The notes beneath the pieces were generated by a model that was not told the origin of the DNA, did no database searches, and was given only the letters and a program-made list of their open reading frames with translations. A DNA stretch of 64,000 nucleotides. It comes from Candidatus Limnocylindrales bacterium. Its GTDB lineage: Bacteria > Chloroflexota > Limnocylindria > Limnocylindrales > CSP1-4. The position numbers and the translations under genes are program-made. Shown piece after piece: positions 9,115 through 18,504 of the stretch (position 1 is its first letter; the number at the start of each line of letters is the position of its first letter). The DNA lies in contig DASTOB010000119.1 of the NCBI GenBank assembly GCA_035720425.1, forward strand, positions 24,494-88,493. The letters are read 5' to 3'.

Positions 9115-9477
9115 TCAGTCGTCGCTCGACGAAGCCGACTTCGCGGGTGCCGGCGTCGACGACCCGGCCTTGGTCCCCTCGCCCGCGGCCGTCTTCTTCG
9201 TGGCGGCGGACGACGATTCCGAGCCGGACCCGCCGCCCTCGGACCCGCCGCCCTCGGACCCGCCGCCCTCGGGTCGGCGCGACCCGGACGACGCCGAGCG
9301 CCGCTCCTTCTTGGCCCAACCGGTGCCCTTGAAGTGGATCGTCGGCGGCGCGAACGCCTTGCGCATCGTCCCTTCCGCACCGCACGACGGGCAGAACGCC
9401 GGCCCGGCGTCATGGACGCCGTGGAGGATGTCCAGGCGATGCTGGCACGCGCTGCAGACGTACTCGTAGATCGGCAC
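9115..9477 (-). CDS. FmdB-family zinc-ribbon protein with a Gly/Ser/Glu-rich tail
   Basis: GTG start gives (M)PIYEYVCSACQHRLDILHGVHDAGPAFCPSCGAEGTMRKAF, the CxxC...CxxC FmdB signature. Confidence 0.8.
   Translation of the reverse strand: MPIYEYVCSACQHRLDILHGVHDAGPAFCPSCGAEGTMRKAFAPPTIHFKGTGWAKKERRSASSGSRRPEGGGSEGGGSEGGGSGSESSSAATKKTAAGEGTKAGSSTPAPAKSASSSDD
9226..9270. repeat. Perfect 15-nt x3 tandem repeat inside the FmdB-family gene (encodes GGGSE x3)
   Basis: ggacccgccgccctc is read three times back to back. Confidence 0.9.
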
Positions 9478-9494
9478 GCTCGGGAACCCTGGAG

Positions 9495-10256
9495 CTAGCC
9501 GCGCAGGAGGCGCATGCCGCACTTCGGGCAGTAGAACGCCCGCTCGTGCGCGGAGGCGAAGCCGCAGTGCGCGCAGACCACGCCGCCGCGGCCAGCAGCC
9601 GGGACCGGTCGCTCGACCGCCGTGAGGCCCATCGAGTACTGGCTCGCGAGCACGTTCGTGAGCAGCCCAGACAGGATCCGCGAGCCGTTGCGGTCCGTGT
9701 CGCCCCGGACGCCCCGGCCTCCCCAACCGACGACCGACCGGACGATCATGTCCCCGGTCGCCTCGTCCCAGTGCGAAGCGACGCCGCCGACGATCGCGTT
9801 GTACTCGGGATAGCCGGATGTGTCGACCTCGCCGTCGAGCAAGGCGCAGACGAACGTGTCGAAGGCGAGATCGATCGCGTCGATCGACTCGAGCACGACG
9901 AGGGCGTGGCGGGTCACGGGCGAGTGGACGTGGTGGGCGTTGAGCCACTGCATCGCCTCAGACGGGCGGGCGATGACCGGCGTGGCCTGGCTGAACTCGA
10001 TCGGCAGCGGCTCGACGACCTCGATCTCGCTCTTGGCGAGGCCGACGAGCATCGACGGCAGCTCCGCCATGGCGTTGGGACCGGCGGTCATCCGGACCCC
10101 TTCGCTGCTCTTGCCGGCGTAATACAGCTTGAGCTGGTACTCGTGGGCAATGACCTCCTCGGGCAGCGCGCTCGACAGGGTCTGCCCGGGCGCGGACGGG
10201 GCGGCAGCGGCAGCGTCGCCGGCACCGGATCGGCGCTTGAGGAAGTCGAGTGGCAC
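9495..10256 (-). CDS. Hypothetical protein with a C-terminal zinc ribbon
   Basis: The C-terminus CAHCGFASAHERAFYCPKCG is a zinc ribbon, and the rest has normal amino-acid composition. GTG at 10256 has GGAG 9 nt upstream, whereas the listed ATG at 10292 has no SD. No family recognised. Confidence 0.6.
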   Translation of the reverse strand: MPLDFLKRRSGAGDAAAAAPSAPGQTLSSALPEEVIAHEYQLKLYYAGKSSEGVRMTAGPNAMAELPSMLVGLAKSEIEVVEPLPIEFSQATPVIARPSEAMQWLNAHHVHSPVTRHALVVLESIDAIDLAFDTFVCALLDGEVDTSGYPEYNAIVGGVASHWDEATGDMIVRSVVGWGGRGVRGDTDRNGSRILSGLLTNVLASQYSMGLTAVERPVPAAGRGGVVCAHCGFASAHERAFYCPKCGMRLLRG

Positions 10257-10340
10257 GAACGCACTCCACTGACAGGAACGGTCGCCGGTCATGGTAGCAG
10301 CGTGTCGTCCGACCCGGCGGAACCCTCGCTACGGGTTGCA

Positions 10341-10360
10341 GAATCCGTCTTGACGGATTC
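10341..10360. promoter_or_regulatory. Perfect inverted repeat gaatccgtc-tt-gacggattc overlapping a -35-like TTGACG; candidate operator of the lacI/sugar operon
   Basis: 9-bp arms read directly. TTGACG lies at 10350-10355, followed 18 nt later by the AT-rich patch gttaatacgtgttac (10373-10387), the only AT-rich spot in this intergenic region. Confidence 0.4.
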
Positions 10361-10446
10361 CGGACGAGGCGCGTTAATACGTGTTACTGACGCGGGTTAG
10401 TGCCCCTCCCTCGTCGGATCCCCGCCATTGAGGCCGTGCTCAGCGC

Positions 10447-11589
10447 ATGTCTGCGGAGTCCGCCCGACCGATGAAACCCCGGCGTCCCACGAGTGCCGAT
10501 GTCGCCGCCCTCGCCGGCGTTTCGCGAACGACGGTGTCGTTCGTGCTCAACGATCGGCCGGACGTCGCCATCCCGGCGGCCACGCGCGGCCGGGTCCTCG
10601 AGGCGGCGCGACGGCTCGGCTATCACCCGCACGCATCGGCACGCCAGCTGGCGGGCGGTCGGAGCCGCACGCTCGGCCTGATCCTGCGCCAATCACCCGA
10701 GCACGTCGCCGGCGACGCCCTGCTGGCTGAGACCCTGCGCGGCCTGGCCGGCGCCGCGCGGGCGGTCGACTACCGGGTCATCGTCGAGCCGCTCGCACCG
10801 GGCAACGGTTCGTACGACGAGCTCCTTCGGTCGCACCGAACCGATGGCGTCGTCGTCTCGGGCCCGCGCGTCGACGATCCGGCCCTGCCGCGCCTCGTGG
10901 CGGATGGCTTCCCGATCGTGCTCCAGGGTTCGCTTCCGGGGCTCGACAGCCCGAGTGTCGATGTTGACAATGTGGCGGGCGCGCGCCTGGCCATCGAGCA
11001 CCTCATCGAGCTGGGTCATCGAGTGATCGGCTGCATCACGAACGCCCCTCTCGCCTACACGGCGGCTTCCGAGCGCCTCGACGGATACCGCGCGGCCCTC
11101 CGGGCGGCGGGCCTGCCGAGCGACGACGAACTGGTCGTCGAGGCCGAGTTCGACGCGTCGAGTGGCCACCGCGCGATGGCCACGCTCCTCGCCCGTGCGC
11201 CGGTCACCGCCGTATTCGTGGCGAGCGACGTCGTCGCCCTCGGTGCATTCGCGGCCCTTCACGACGCCGGCCTGCGCTGTCCCGACGACGTATCGGTCGT
11301 CGGCTTCGACGACATCCCGCTGGCCGCGTTCTTCGATCCGCCCCTGACAACGGTTCGCATCCCGGCGCATGACCTCGGCCTTGCCGCGGGTTCCGCGCTG
11401 CTGGATCGAATCGCGGGCCGGCCCGTGCCGTCCCGGACGCTCCTGCCGACCGAGCTCGTCGTGCGCTCGTCGACTGCCCCACCGCGGTCGGCGACGGACG
11501 CCGAACGCGGACGGCGGGAGCGGAGGGGGTCCATGGAGGAGACGGATCGCGGCACAGGCCGCGGACCGGAGAAAGGAGTCATCGAATGA
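10447..11589 (+). CDS. LacI-family transcriptional regulator
   Basis: N-terminal HTH (TSADVAALAGVSRTTVSFVLN...RVLEAARRLGYHPHASARQL) plus a periplasmic-binding-fold core. The start could instead be the internal ATG at 10471. Confidence 0.9.
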   Translation: MSAESARPMKPRRPTSADVAALAGVSRTTVSFVLNDRPDVAIPAATRGRVLEAARRLGYHPHASARQLAGGRSRTLGLILRQSPEHVAGDALLAETLRGLAGAARAVDYRVIVEPLAPGNGSYDELLRSHRTDGVVVSGPRVDDPALPRLVADGFPIVLQGSLPGLDSPSVDVDNVAGARLAIEHLIELGHRVIGCITNAPLAYTAASERLDGYRAALRAAGLPSDDELVVEAEFDASSGHRAMATLLARAPVTAVFVASDVVALGAFAALHDAGLRCPDDVSVVGFDDIPLAAFFDPPLTTVRIPAHDLGLAAGSALLDRIAGRPVPSRTLLPTELVVRSSTAPPRSATDAERGRRERRGSMEETDRGTGRGPEKGVIE

Positions 11590-12845
11590 ATCAAGGGTCC
11601 AGGCGGTGGCGAGGGATCGCCGCACTCGCGGGAGCCGGGCTGCTCGCCGTCGTGGCGTGCACGCCGGCGGCCGAAACCGGTGGCACGGAAGTCAGCGTGA
11701 TCGGTACATGGGGCGGCTCCGAGCAGGAGTCGTTCCTCGCGATGGTCGCTCCGTGGGAGGAGTCGACCGGCAATACCGTCAAGTACACCGGAACGCGTGA
11801 CATCAACGCGGTCCTCACGACCGGCGTCGCCTCGGGCATCCTGCCCGACCTGGCCGGCCTTCCCGGTCCCGGCCAGATGACTGCGTGGGCGCAGGCGGGC
11901 GCGCTGAAGCCGCTCGACGAAGTGCTCGACCTCGAGACCTACCGGGCCGATACGTCGCCCGCCTTCGTCGACCTCGGAACGGTCGACGGCAAGGTCGTCG
12001 GCGTGTTCATCAAGAGCGCCCTCAAGGGCCTCATCTGGTACAACCCGAACGTCTTCTCGGGCTCCGCCCCGACGACGTGGGAGGCCGTGATGGGCACGGA
12101 TCCGGGCTCCGCCGATTCGCTCTGGTGCGTCGGCATCGAGTCCGGCGCCGCGTCCGGCTGGGCCGGCACGGACTGGATCGAGGACTTCGTCCTGCGCCAG
12201 TCCGGCCCGGACGTCTACGACGCGTGGGTCAACGGGACGCACGCCTGGTCGTCGCCGGAGATCAAGTCCGCGTTCGAGGCCTTCGGCGAGGTGCTCGACG
12301 CCTCGTTCGGTGGTGCCGACACGGTCGTGAGCACGAACTTCGGCGCTGCCGGCAACCCGCTCTTCACCGACCCGCCCGGCTGCCTGTTCCACCATCAGGC
12401 CAGCTTCATCACCGACTTCTTCAAGGAGCAGGGCGGAGCCGCCGACGGCGACTTCGACTTCTTCCCGATGCCGGACATCAACCCGTCGTATGCGGGCGCG
12501 TTCACCGGCGCGGGCGACCTGTTCGGCATGTTCAACGACACCCCTGCAGCACGCGACCTCCTCAAGTACCTCGTCACGGCCGAGGCCCAGCAGATCTGGG
12601 TCAGCCGGGGTGGCGCCCTGTCGGGCAACACCAAGGTGACCGAGTACCCGGATGAGGTGTCGGCACGCTCCGCCGCGGCCCTCGGAAGCGCGAAGATCTT
12701 CCGCTTCGACGGCGGCGACCTGATGCCGACGGCCCTGCAGTCCGCGTTCTTCAAGGCAATGGTCGATTTCACCCAGGATCAGAGCGCACTCGACTCGATC
12801 CTGGCCGAGCTTGACGCCGCCAGCGAAAGCGCTCGCGGAGGCTAG
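11586..12845 (+). CDS. Sugar ABC transporter substrate-binding lipoprotein
   Basis: Signal peptide with lipobox (LLAVVAC) and a family-1 solute-binding-protein composition. ATGA overlap with the lacI stop. Confidence 0.85.
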   Translation: MNQGSRRWRGIAALAGAGLLAVVACTPAAETGGTEVSVIGTWGGSEQESFLAMVAPWEESTGNTVKYTGTRDINAVLTTGVASGILPDLAGLPGPGQMTAWAQAGALKPLDEVLDLETYRADTSPAFVDLGTVDGKVVGVFIKSALKGLIWYNPNVFSGSAPTTWEAVMGTDPGSADSLWCVGIESGAASGWAGTDWIEDFVLRQSGPDVYDAWVNGTHAWSSPEIKSAFEAFGEVLDASFGGADTVVSTNFGAAGNPLFTDPPGCLFHHQASFITDFFKEQGGAADGDFDFFPMPDINPSYAGAFTGAGDLFGMFNDTPAARDLLKYLVTAEAQQIWVSRGGALSGNTKVTEYPDEVSARSAAALGSAKIFRFDGGDLMPTALQSAFFKAMVDFTQDQSALDSILAELDAASESARGG

Positions 12846-12906
12846 TTTGCCGAGCCACGGGGAGCCGGGAGACCGGCTCCCCGTGTCGCGATGGGTGGAG
12901 GGATCG

Positions 12907-13878
12907 ATGGACCAACGCCTCATCACAGCCGCGATCGTCGTGTTCGGGGTTCCGGCCGTCCTGGTCGGGTACATCTGGCTGACCGAGCGGATCCTGCAGG
13001 TCATGCCGGAACAGCGGCAGGGCCGGATCCGGCCGTGGATCTGGATCGCACCGGCCTTGCTGTTCCTCGTCGTCTTCCTCGTCTATCCGACGATCAACAC
13101 GCTGGTCCTGTCGTTCCAGGATCGGGCGGGATCGGCGTTCGTCGGTCTGGCCAACTACGAGTACTTCTTCACCAGCTCGAGCACCCTCATCTCGCTCCGC
13201 AACAGCGTCCTGTGGGTGATCTTCATGACCGCCGGCGTGGTAGGCCTGGGGCTGATCATCGCGATCCTCGTCGATCGCGTGCGCTACGAGCCGATCGCCA
13301 AGTCGGTCATCTTCGTCCCGCTCGCGATCAGCTTCGTGGCGGCCTCGATCATCTGGACGTTCATGTACCAGTTCCGGGCGCCGGGGACGGCCCAGACCGG
13401 AACGCTCAACGCGGTGCTCGAACTGGTCGGCGTCGCGCCGTCCGCGTTCATCCAGACCGCGCCGCTCAACAACTTCTTCCTGATCATCGTCGGGGTCTGG
13501 ATGTGGACCGGCTTCGCCATGGTCATCCTGTCGGCCGGCCTCAAGGGCATCAGCACCGAACTGCTCGAGGCGGCCCGCGTCGATGGGGCGAACGAGTGGC
13601 AGGTGTTCCGCGGGATCATCCTCCCGCTCCTGCTGCCGACGATCTTCGTCGTCGGGACGACGATCGTGATCACGGCGCTGAAGTCATTCGACATCGTGTA
13701 CACGATGACGAGCGGGAACTTCGAGACCGACGTCATCGCCCACCGGATGTACCAGGAGATGTTCATCAACGGACACTTCGGCCGGGCGAGCGCGGTCGCG
13801 ATCGTGCTCCTCGTGGCGATCGTCCCGTTCATGGTCCTCAACATCAAGCGGTTCCGTGAGCAGGAGGCGATCCGATGA
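12907..13878 (+). CDS. Sugar ABC transporter permease (MalF/UgpA-like)
   Basis: Six TM segments and an EAA loop (LEAARVDGANEWQVFRGIILP). ATG at 12907 is preceded by GGAGG. The upstream extension from 12811 overlaps the binding-protein gene. Confidence 0.85.
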   Translation: MDQRLITAAIVVFGVPAVLVGYIWLTERILQVMPEQRQGRIRPWIWIAPALLFLVVFLVYPTINTLVLSFQDRAGSAFVGLANYEYFFTSSSTLISLRNSVLWVIFMTAGVVGLGLIIAILVDRVRYEPIAKSVIFVPLAISFVAASIIWTFMYQFRAPGTAQTGTLNAVLELVGVAPSAFIQTAPLNNFFLIIVGVWMWTGFAMVILSAGLKGISTELLEAARVDGANEWQVFRGIILPLLLPTIFVVGTTIVITALKSFDIVYTMTSGNFETDVIAHRMYQEMFINGHFGRASAVAIVLLVAIVPFMVLNIKRFREQEAIR

Positions 13879-14762
13879 CCGCGGCCGTCAAGCCCGCCAG
13901 CGCGGTCGCCAGCAAGTCCCGGGGCCGCATCGGGACCCGGTGGCCGCTCCACCTCACGATCATCGTCCTGATGGTCATCTGGCTGGTGCCGACCGTCGGC
14001 CTGTTCGTCAACTCGTTCCGGCCCGCGTCGGACGTCGCCGGCTCCGGCTGGTGGACGGCCTTCGTTCCGCCGTGGGAGTTCACCCTCTCGAACTACGAGC
14101 ATGTCCTCGCCCGCCAGGGCCTCGACCAGGCGTTCATCAACAGCCTGTTCATCACGATCCCGGCGACGGTCATGACCGTGCTCGTGGCTGCGTTCGCGGC
14201 ATATGCGTTCGCGTGGATGAACTTCCCGTTCAAGAACGTCCTGTTCGTCATCGTCGTGGGCCTGCTCGTCGTGCCGCTCCAGTCGACCCTCATTCCGGTC
14301 CTCCGGCTGTTCGCCTCGACCGGAATCGCCGGGACGTTCCTGGCCGTCTGGCTGGCCCACACGGGCTACGGGCTGCCGTTCGCGATCTACCTGCTGCGCA
14401 ACTACATGGGCGGCCTGCCGCGCGAGGTGTTCGAATCCGCGGCGATCGACGGCGCCAGCCCGGCGACCGCATTCTTCCGGCTGGCGCTCCCGATGAGCGT
14501 CCCGGTCCTCGCCTCGCTGGCGATCTTCCAGTTCCTGTTCATCTGGAACGACCTGCTTGTCGCGCTGATCTACATCGGCGCGGTCAACTCGGAGAACCTG
14601 CCACTGACCGTCGTCGTGGCCAACCTCGTCAACTCGCTCGGTGGTGAGACGCACTTCCTGACGGCCGCGGCCTTCCTGACGATGGCCCTGCCGCTCATCG
14701 TGTTCCTCGCCCTCCAGCGCTACTTCGTCCGAGGCATCACCGGCGGCGCCGTCAAGGGCTGA
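13875..14762 (+). CDS. Sugar ABC transporter permease (MalG/UgpE-like)
   Basis: EAA loop (FESAAIDGASPATAFFRLALP) and a 4-nt overlap with the upstream permease gene. Confidence 0.85.
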   Translation: MTAAVKPASAVASKSRGRIGTRWPLHLTIIVLMVIWLVPTVGLFVNSFRPASDVAGSGWWTAFVPPWEFTLSNYEHVLARQGLDQAFINSLFITIPATVMTVLVAAFAAYAFAWMNFPFKNVLFVIVVGLLVVPLQSTLIPVLRLFASTGIAGTFLAVWLAHTGYGLPFAIYLLRNYMGGLPREVFESAAIDGASPATAFFRLALPMSVPVLASLAIFQFLFIWNDLLVALIYIGAVNSENLPLTVVVANLVNSLGGETHFLTAAAFLTMALPLIVFLALQRYFVRGITGGAVKG

Positions 14763-14792
14763 CCGCTCGTCCCTCGCTCCTCCACCGCCCTG

Positions 14793-14832
14793 CGGGCGGG
14801 TCGGCATCGCCGGCCCGCCCGCTCGGTTTCCT
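14793..14832 (+). terminator. GC-rich hairpin after the sugar ABC operon (weak U tract)
   Basis: 14-bp stem gcgggcgggtcggc / gccggcccgcccgc with one G-U pair and a 3-nt loop, followed by tcggtttcc. Confidence 0.45.
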
Positions 14833-14858
14833 GCGCTCCCGGTTTGTACAGTTCACGC

Positions 14859-15803
14859 ATGAGCGGCGATCGGGTGCAGTACGGCGGGATCGAGTTCGGC
14901 GGCACGAAGGTCGTCTGTGCGATCGGAACGGGATTCGACGACATCCGCGCGCTCGAGCGCCTGCCGACCGAGAGCCCGGCTGCGACGCGCGACGCGGTCG
15001 CTGGATGGTTCAGGCGCGCCACGGCGGCGGAAGGGCCCGTCCGCGCCGTCGGCCTGTCCGCCTTCGGTCCGATCGAGACGCGCCCGGACCGGCCGGGTTT
15101 CGGCCGCCTCCTCGCGACCCCGAAGGCGGGCTGGTCGGGGAGCGATCTCGTCGGTCCGCTGCGGGACGCACTCGGCGTCCCGGTCGGGCTCGAGACCGAT
15201 GTCGTCGGTGCCGCGCTGGCCGAGGGTCGTTGGGGTGCCGCGCGGGACGTGGGGTCATTCGTGTACCTGACCGTCGGGACCGGCATCGGCGGCGGGGCGA
15301 TCGCGGACGGCCGACCGATCCCCGGAGTGCCGCATGCGGAGATGGGCCACCAATCGGTCGCGCGCCAGCCCGACGATCCGTTTCCCGGCGTCTGCCCCTA
15401 CCACGGCGACTGCCTCGAGGGACTCGCGGCGGGCCCGGCCATCCAGGCGCGCTGGGGGGCGCCAGGCGAGACGCTCCGCGACGAGCGCCTCGCGGCTGCG
15501 GTCGACCTCGAGTCGCGCTACCTCGCCGACGGCCTGCGCACGATCGTCTACGTCCTCGCGCCGGGACGGATCGTCATCGGCGGCGGCGTCGCCGACCTGC
15601 CTGGCCTGCTGCCGCGCCTCCGCGAGCGGCTCCGGGAAGCGCTGTCCGGGTACCCGGGGATCGCGGAGCACGCGGAGGCCGACTTCGTCCGGCCCGTCGC
15701 GCTCGGGGGACGTGCCGGCGTCCTCGGCGGGTTCATCGTCGCCGAACGGGCGGCGACCAACGACCCGACCGGCGGGTCCCCTACTCCGCCAGCCGGCTCC
15801 TGA
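14859..15803 (+). CDS. ROK-family sugar kinase (fructokinase-like)
   Basis: GGIEFGGTKVVCAIG ATP-binding N-terminus and the ROK zinc motif (GHQS...CPYHGDCLEG). ATG at 14859 is preferred over the listed 14844. The 3' end overlaps valS convergently by 23 nt. Confidence 0.85.
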   Translation: MSGDRVQYGGIEFGGTKVVCAIGTGFDDIRALERLPTESPAATRDAVAGWFRRATAAEGPVRAVGLSAFGPIETRPDRPGFGRLLATPKAGWSGSDLVGPLRDALGVPVGLETDVVGAALAEGRWGAARDVGSFVYLTVGTGIGGGAIADGRPIPGVPHAEMGHQSVARQPDDPFPGVCPYHGDCLEGLAAGPAIQARWGAPGETLRDERLAAAVDLESRYLADGLRTIVYVLAPGRIVIGGGVADLPGLLPRLRERLREALSGYPGIAEHAEADFVRPVALGGRAGVLGGFIVAERAATNDPTGGSPTPPAGS

Positions 15804-18504
15804 GCCGCTCGACCTGGTCGGCCAGCTCGGCCTCCCGCGCCCGGGCGCCCTCGACGACGGCGGCCGGGGCCCGCGACATGAACGATTCGTTCGCCAGCCG
15901 AGCGCGGGCAGTGGCGAGGAACCCCTCCGCCTCGGCGAGCTCCCTGGCGAGTCGTGTGCGATCTGCGTCGCGGGGCTCGCCGGCCGGACGGCGGACGAGC
16001 GCCTCGAGTGACCCCGCCACGACGGCGAGCCCCTCGGGCGGCGTGCCCTCCCGGCCGCCCAGCCCGTCGCGTGAGGCGTGCAGCGTGAGCGGCCGAACGC
16101 GCGCCAGGCGGGAGATCGCCGGTTTCAGCGCGCCCACCGTCGATGCGAGCGCCCGCGGCACGGCAACATCCGCGGCGAGCCAGGCAGCGGCCTCGATGCC
16201 GGCCTCCGCGCGGGCGTTGCGGACGGCCCGGACCAGATCGAGCACTGCCGTCAGGTCCCGTTCCGTCGCCTCGTCGCGAACGCCACCGGACGGCGACGGC
16301 CAGCGCGCGACGATGAGCAGATCCGGATCGTCGGCGGCGTGGGGCAGTGCTCCCCACAGCGTCTCGGTCACGAAGGGCATGACCGGGTGGAGCAGGCGAA
16401 GGTACGTGTCGAGCGCCTCGACGAGGGTCCACCAGGTCGCCTCTCGTTCGCCGGGCGAACTGTCGTCATCGGCCAGTCGGACCTTGGCCAGCTCGATCCC
16501 CCAGTCGCAGAACTCGGTCCAGATGGCGTCGTACAGGACCCGCGTCATCTCGCCGAAGGCGAGCTCGGCGAGCGCGCTATTGGCCGCCTCGGTGGCAGCC
16601 GCTGCCCGGGAGCGGATCCACCGCTCGGTCGGCCCCAACCGGTCCGGATCGGGAGCCCGGCGCCGCGCATCGGGCGCGATCGTGGCCGGGCGTGCGCCGA
16701 CCACGAAGCGGGTCGCGTTCCACAGCTTGTTGGCAAAGTTCCGGGCGTTGTCGAGCTTCGCCGGCCCGAACCGCTGGTCCATTCCCGGCGCCGCTCCGTG
16801 GATGAGCGCGAAGCGGAGTGCGTCGGCCCCGCTCTCGTCGATGACTTCGAGCGGATCGACGACGTTGCCGGTCGTCTTCGACATCTTCTTGCCGTATGGA
16901 TCGCGCACGAGTCCGGACAGGTAGACCGTGTGGAACGGCTCCGCGCCGGTGAGGTGGAGGCCGAGCATCATCATCCGGGCGACCCAGAAGAACAGGATGT
17001 CGTAGCCGGTCTCCATGACCGACGTCGGGTAGAACCGGCGCAGGTCCGGCGTGTCGTCCGGCCAGCCGAGGGTCGAGAACGGCCACAGGCCGGAGCTGAA
17101 CCACGTGTCGAAGATGTCCGGGTCCTGCTCGAGCTCCGCCGCCGGCCGGCCGCACGCCTCGCACGCCGCCGGCCCGCCCTCCTCGGCCGACACGGTGATG
17201 TGACCGTCCGGGCAGTACCAGGCCGGGATCCGATGGCCCCACCAGAGCTGGCGCGACACGTTCCAGTCGCGGATGTTCGTCAGCCAGTGCTCCCAGGTCT
17301 TCTCGAAGCGGGCCGGCAGGATGCGCGTCCGGCCGCTCCGCGTGCTGTCAAGGGCCCGCGCCGCGAGCGGTCCGGTCCGGACGAACCACTGGGTCATGAG
17401 CCGCGGCTCGACGACGTCGTTCGAGCGCTGGCAGCGACCCACGATCATCTCGTGGGGCCGCTCCGCCTCGAGATCGCCGCGCCCCCGCAGGTCGTCGACG
17501 ATTCGCGCCCTCGCCTCGTACCGGTCGAGACCCTCGTAAGGCCCGCCCTCTCTCGTGACCCGGGCGGCCTCGTCGAGGACGGTGATCGCGGGGAGTCCGT
17601 GGCGGAGGCCAGTCGCCCGGTCGTCCTGGTCGTGGGCGGGGGTGATCTTCACCGCCCCGGTGCCGAAGGCGGGATCGACGACGTCGTCGGCGATGATCTC
17701 GACGGTGCGCTCGACGAACGGGATCCGCACCCGACGGCCGACCAGCGTCGCATACCGCCCGTCGTCCGGGTGGACGGCCACCGCGGTATCGCCGAGGATC
17801 GTCTCCGGCCGCGTCGTGGCGACGGTGATCGTCTCGCTCGCGGACGGCTCGCCGGTCGCCTCGTCGACGAGGTGGTAGCGGACGAACCACAGGGTGCCCG
17901 TCTCCGGCGTGGGGATCGTCTCGAGGTCCGACACGCTGGTCCGGCATCCGGGGCACCAGTTGACGAGCGCCTCGGTCCGATAGGCGAGGCCGTGCCGGTA
18001 GAGCCGCTCGAACGCCACGCGGACGGCGCGCGCCGACCCGTCGTCCATCGTGTAGCGGAGGCGGCCCCAGTCGGCCGACGCACCGACCCGCCGTTGCTGG
18101 CCGAGCATGACCGGCTTCGTGCTGTCGCTGAACGCGCGCATCCGCTCGAGGTAGCGCTCGCGGCCCAGGCTGCCGCGCGTCTCGCCCTCCGCCGCGATGA
18201 TCCGGTCGAGGACGACCTGGGCGGCGATGCTCGCGTGGTCGAGGCCGGGCAGGAACAGCGTCGGCCGGCCCTGCATCCGTGCGTGACGGATGAGGAGGTC
18301 CTCGACCGCCGTCCGCTGGGCATGGCCGAGGTGGAGGCTGCCGGTCACGTTGGGCGGCGGCTGGATGATGACGAACCCGGGCTTCGCGTCGTCCGCGCGC
18401 GAGCCGGCGCCGTCCGGGGCGAACACGTCCGCCGCCAGCCAGCGCTCGTAGACGGCGCCCTCGAAGTCGATCGGCCGGTAGGCCTTCGGCAGGTCGGTCG
18501 TCAT
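15781..18504 (-). CDS. valS: Valine--tRNA ligase
   Basis: HIGH motif (SLHLGH), KMSKS motif (KKMSKTTGN) and a C-terminal coiled coil. True ATG at 18504 (MTTDLPKAYRPIDFEGAVYERW). The 122-aa upstream extension of the listed ORF lies over the T-box leader. Confidence 0.95.
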   Translation of the reverse strand: MTTDLPKAYRPIDFEGAVYERWLAADVFAPDGAGSRADDAKPGFVIIQPPPNVTGSLHLGHAQRTAVEDLLIRHARMQGRPTLFLPGLDHASIAAQVVLDRIIAAEGETRGSLGRERYLERMRAFSDSTKPVMLGQQRRVGASADWGRLRYTMDDGSARAVRVAFERLYRHGLAYRTEALVNWCPGCRTSVSDLETIPTPETGTLWFVRYHLVDEATGEPSASETITVATTRPETILGDTAVAVHPDDGRYATLVGRRVRIPFVERTVEIIADDVVDPAFGTGAVKITPAHDQDDRATGLRHGLPAITVLDEAARVTREGGPYEGLDRYEARARIVDDLRGRGDLEAERPHEMIVGRCQRSNDVVEPRLMTQWFVRTGPLAARALDSTRSGRTRILPARFEKTWEHWLTNIRDWNVSRQLWWGHRIPAWYCPDGHITVSAEEGGPAACEACGRPAAELEQDPDIFDTWFSSGLWPFSTLGWPDDTPDLRRFYPTSVMETGYDILFFWVARMMMLGLHLTGAEPFHTVYLSGLVRDPYGKKMSKTTGNVVDPLEVIDESGADALRFALIHGAAPGMDQRFGPAKLDNARNFANKLWNATRFVVGARPATIAPDARRRAPDPDRLGPTERWIRSRAAAATEAANSALAELAFGEMTRVLYDAIWTEFCDWGIELAKVRLADDDSSPGEREATWWTLVEALDTYLRLLHPVMPFVTETLWGALPHAADDPDLLIVARWPSPSGGVRDEATERDLTAVLDLVRAVRNARAEAGIEAAAWLAADVAVPRALASTVGALKPAISRLARVRPLTLHASRDGLGGREGTPPEGLAVVAGSLEALVRRPAGEPRDADRTRLARELAEAEGFLATARARLANESFMSRAPAAVVEGARAREAELADQVERLRSRLAE

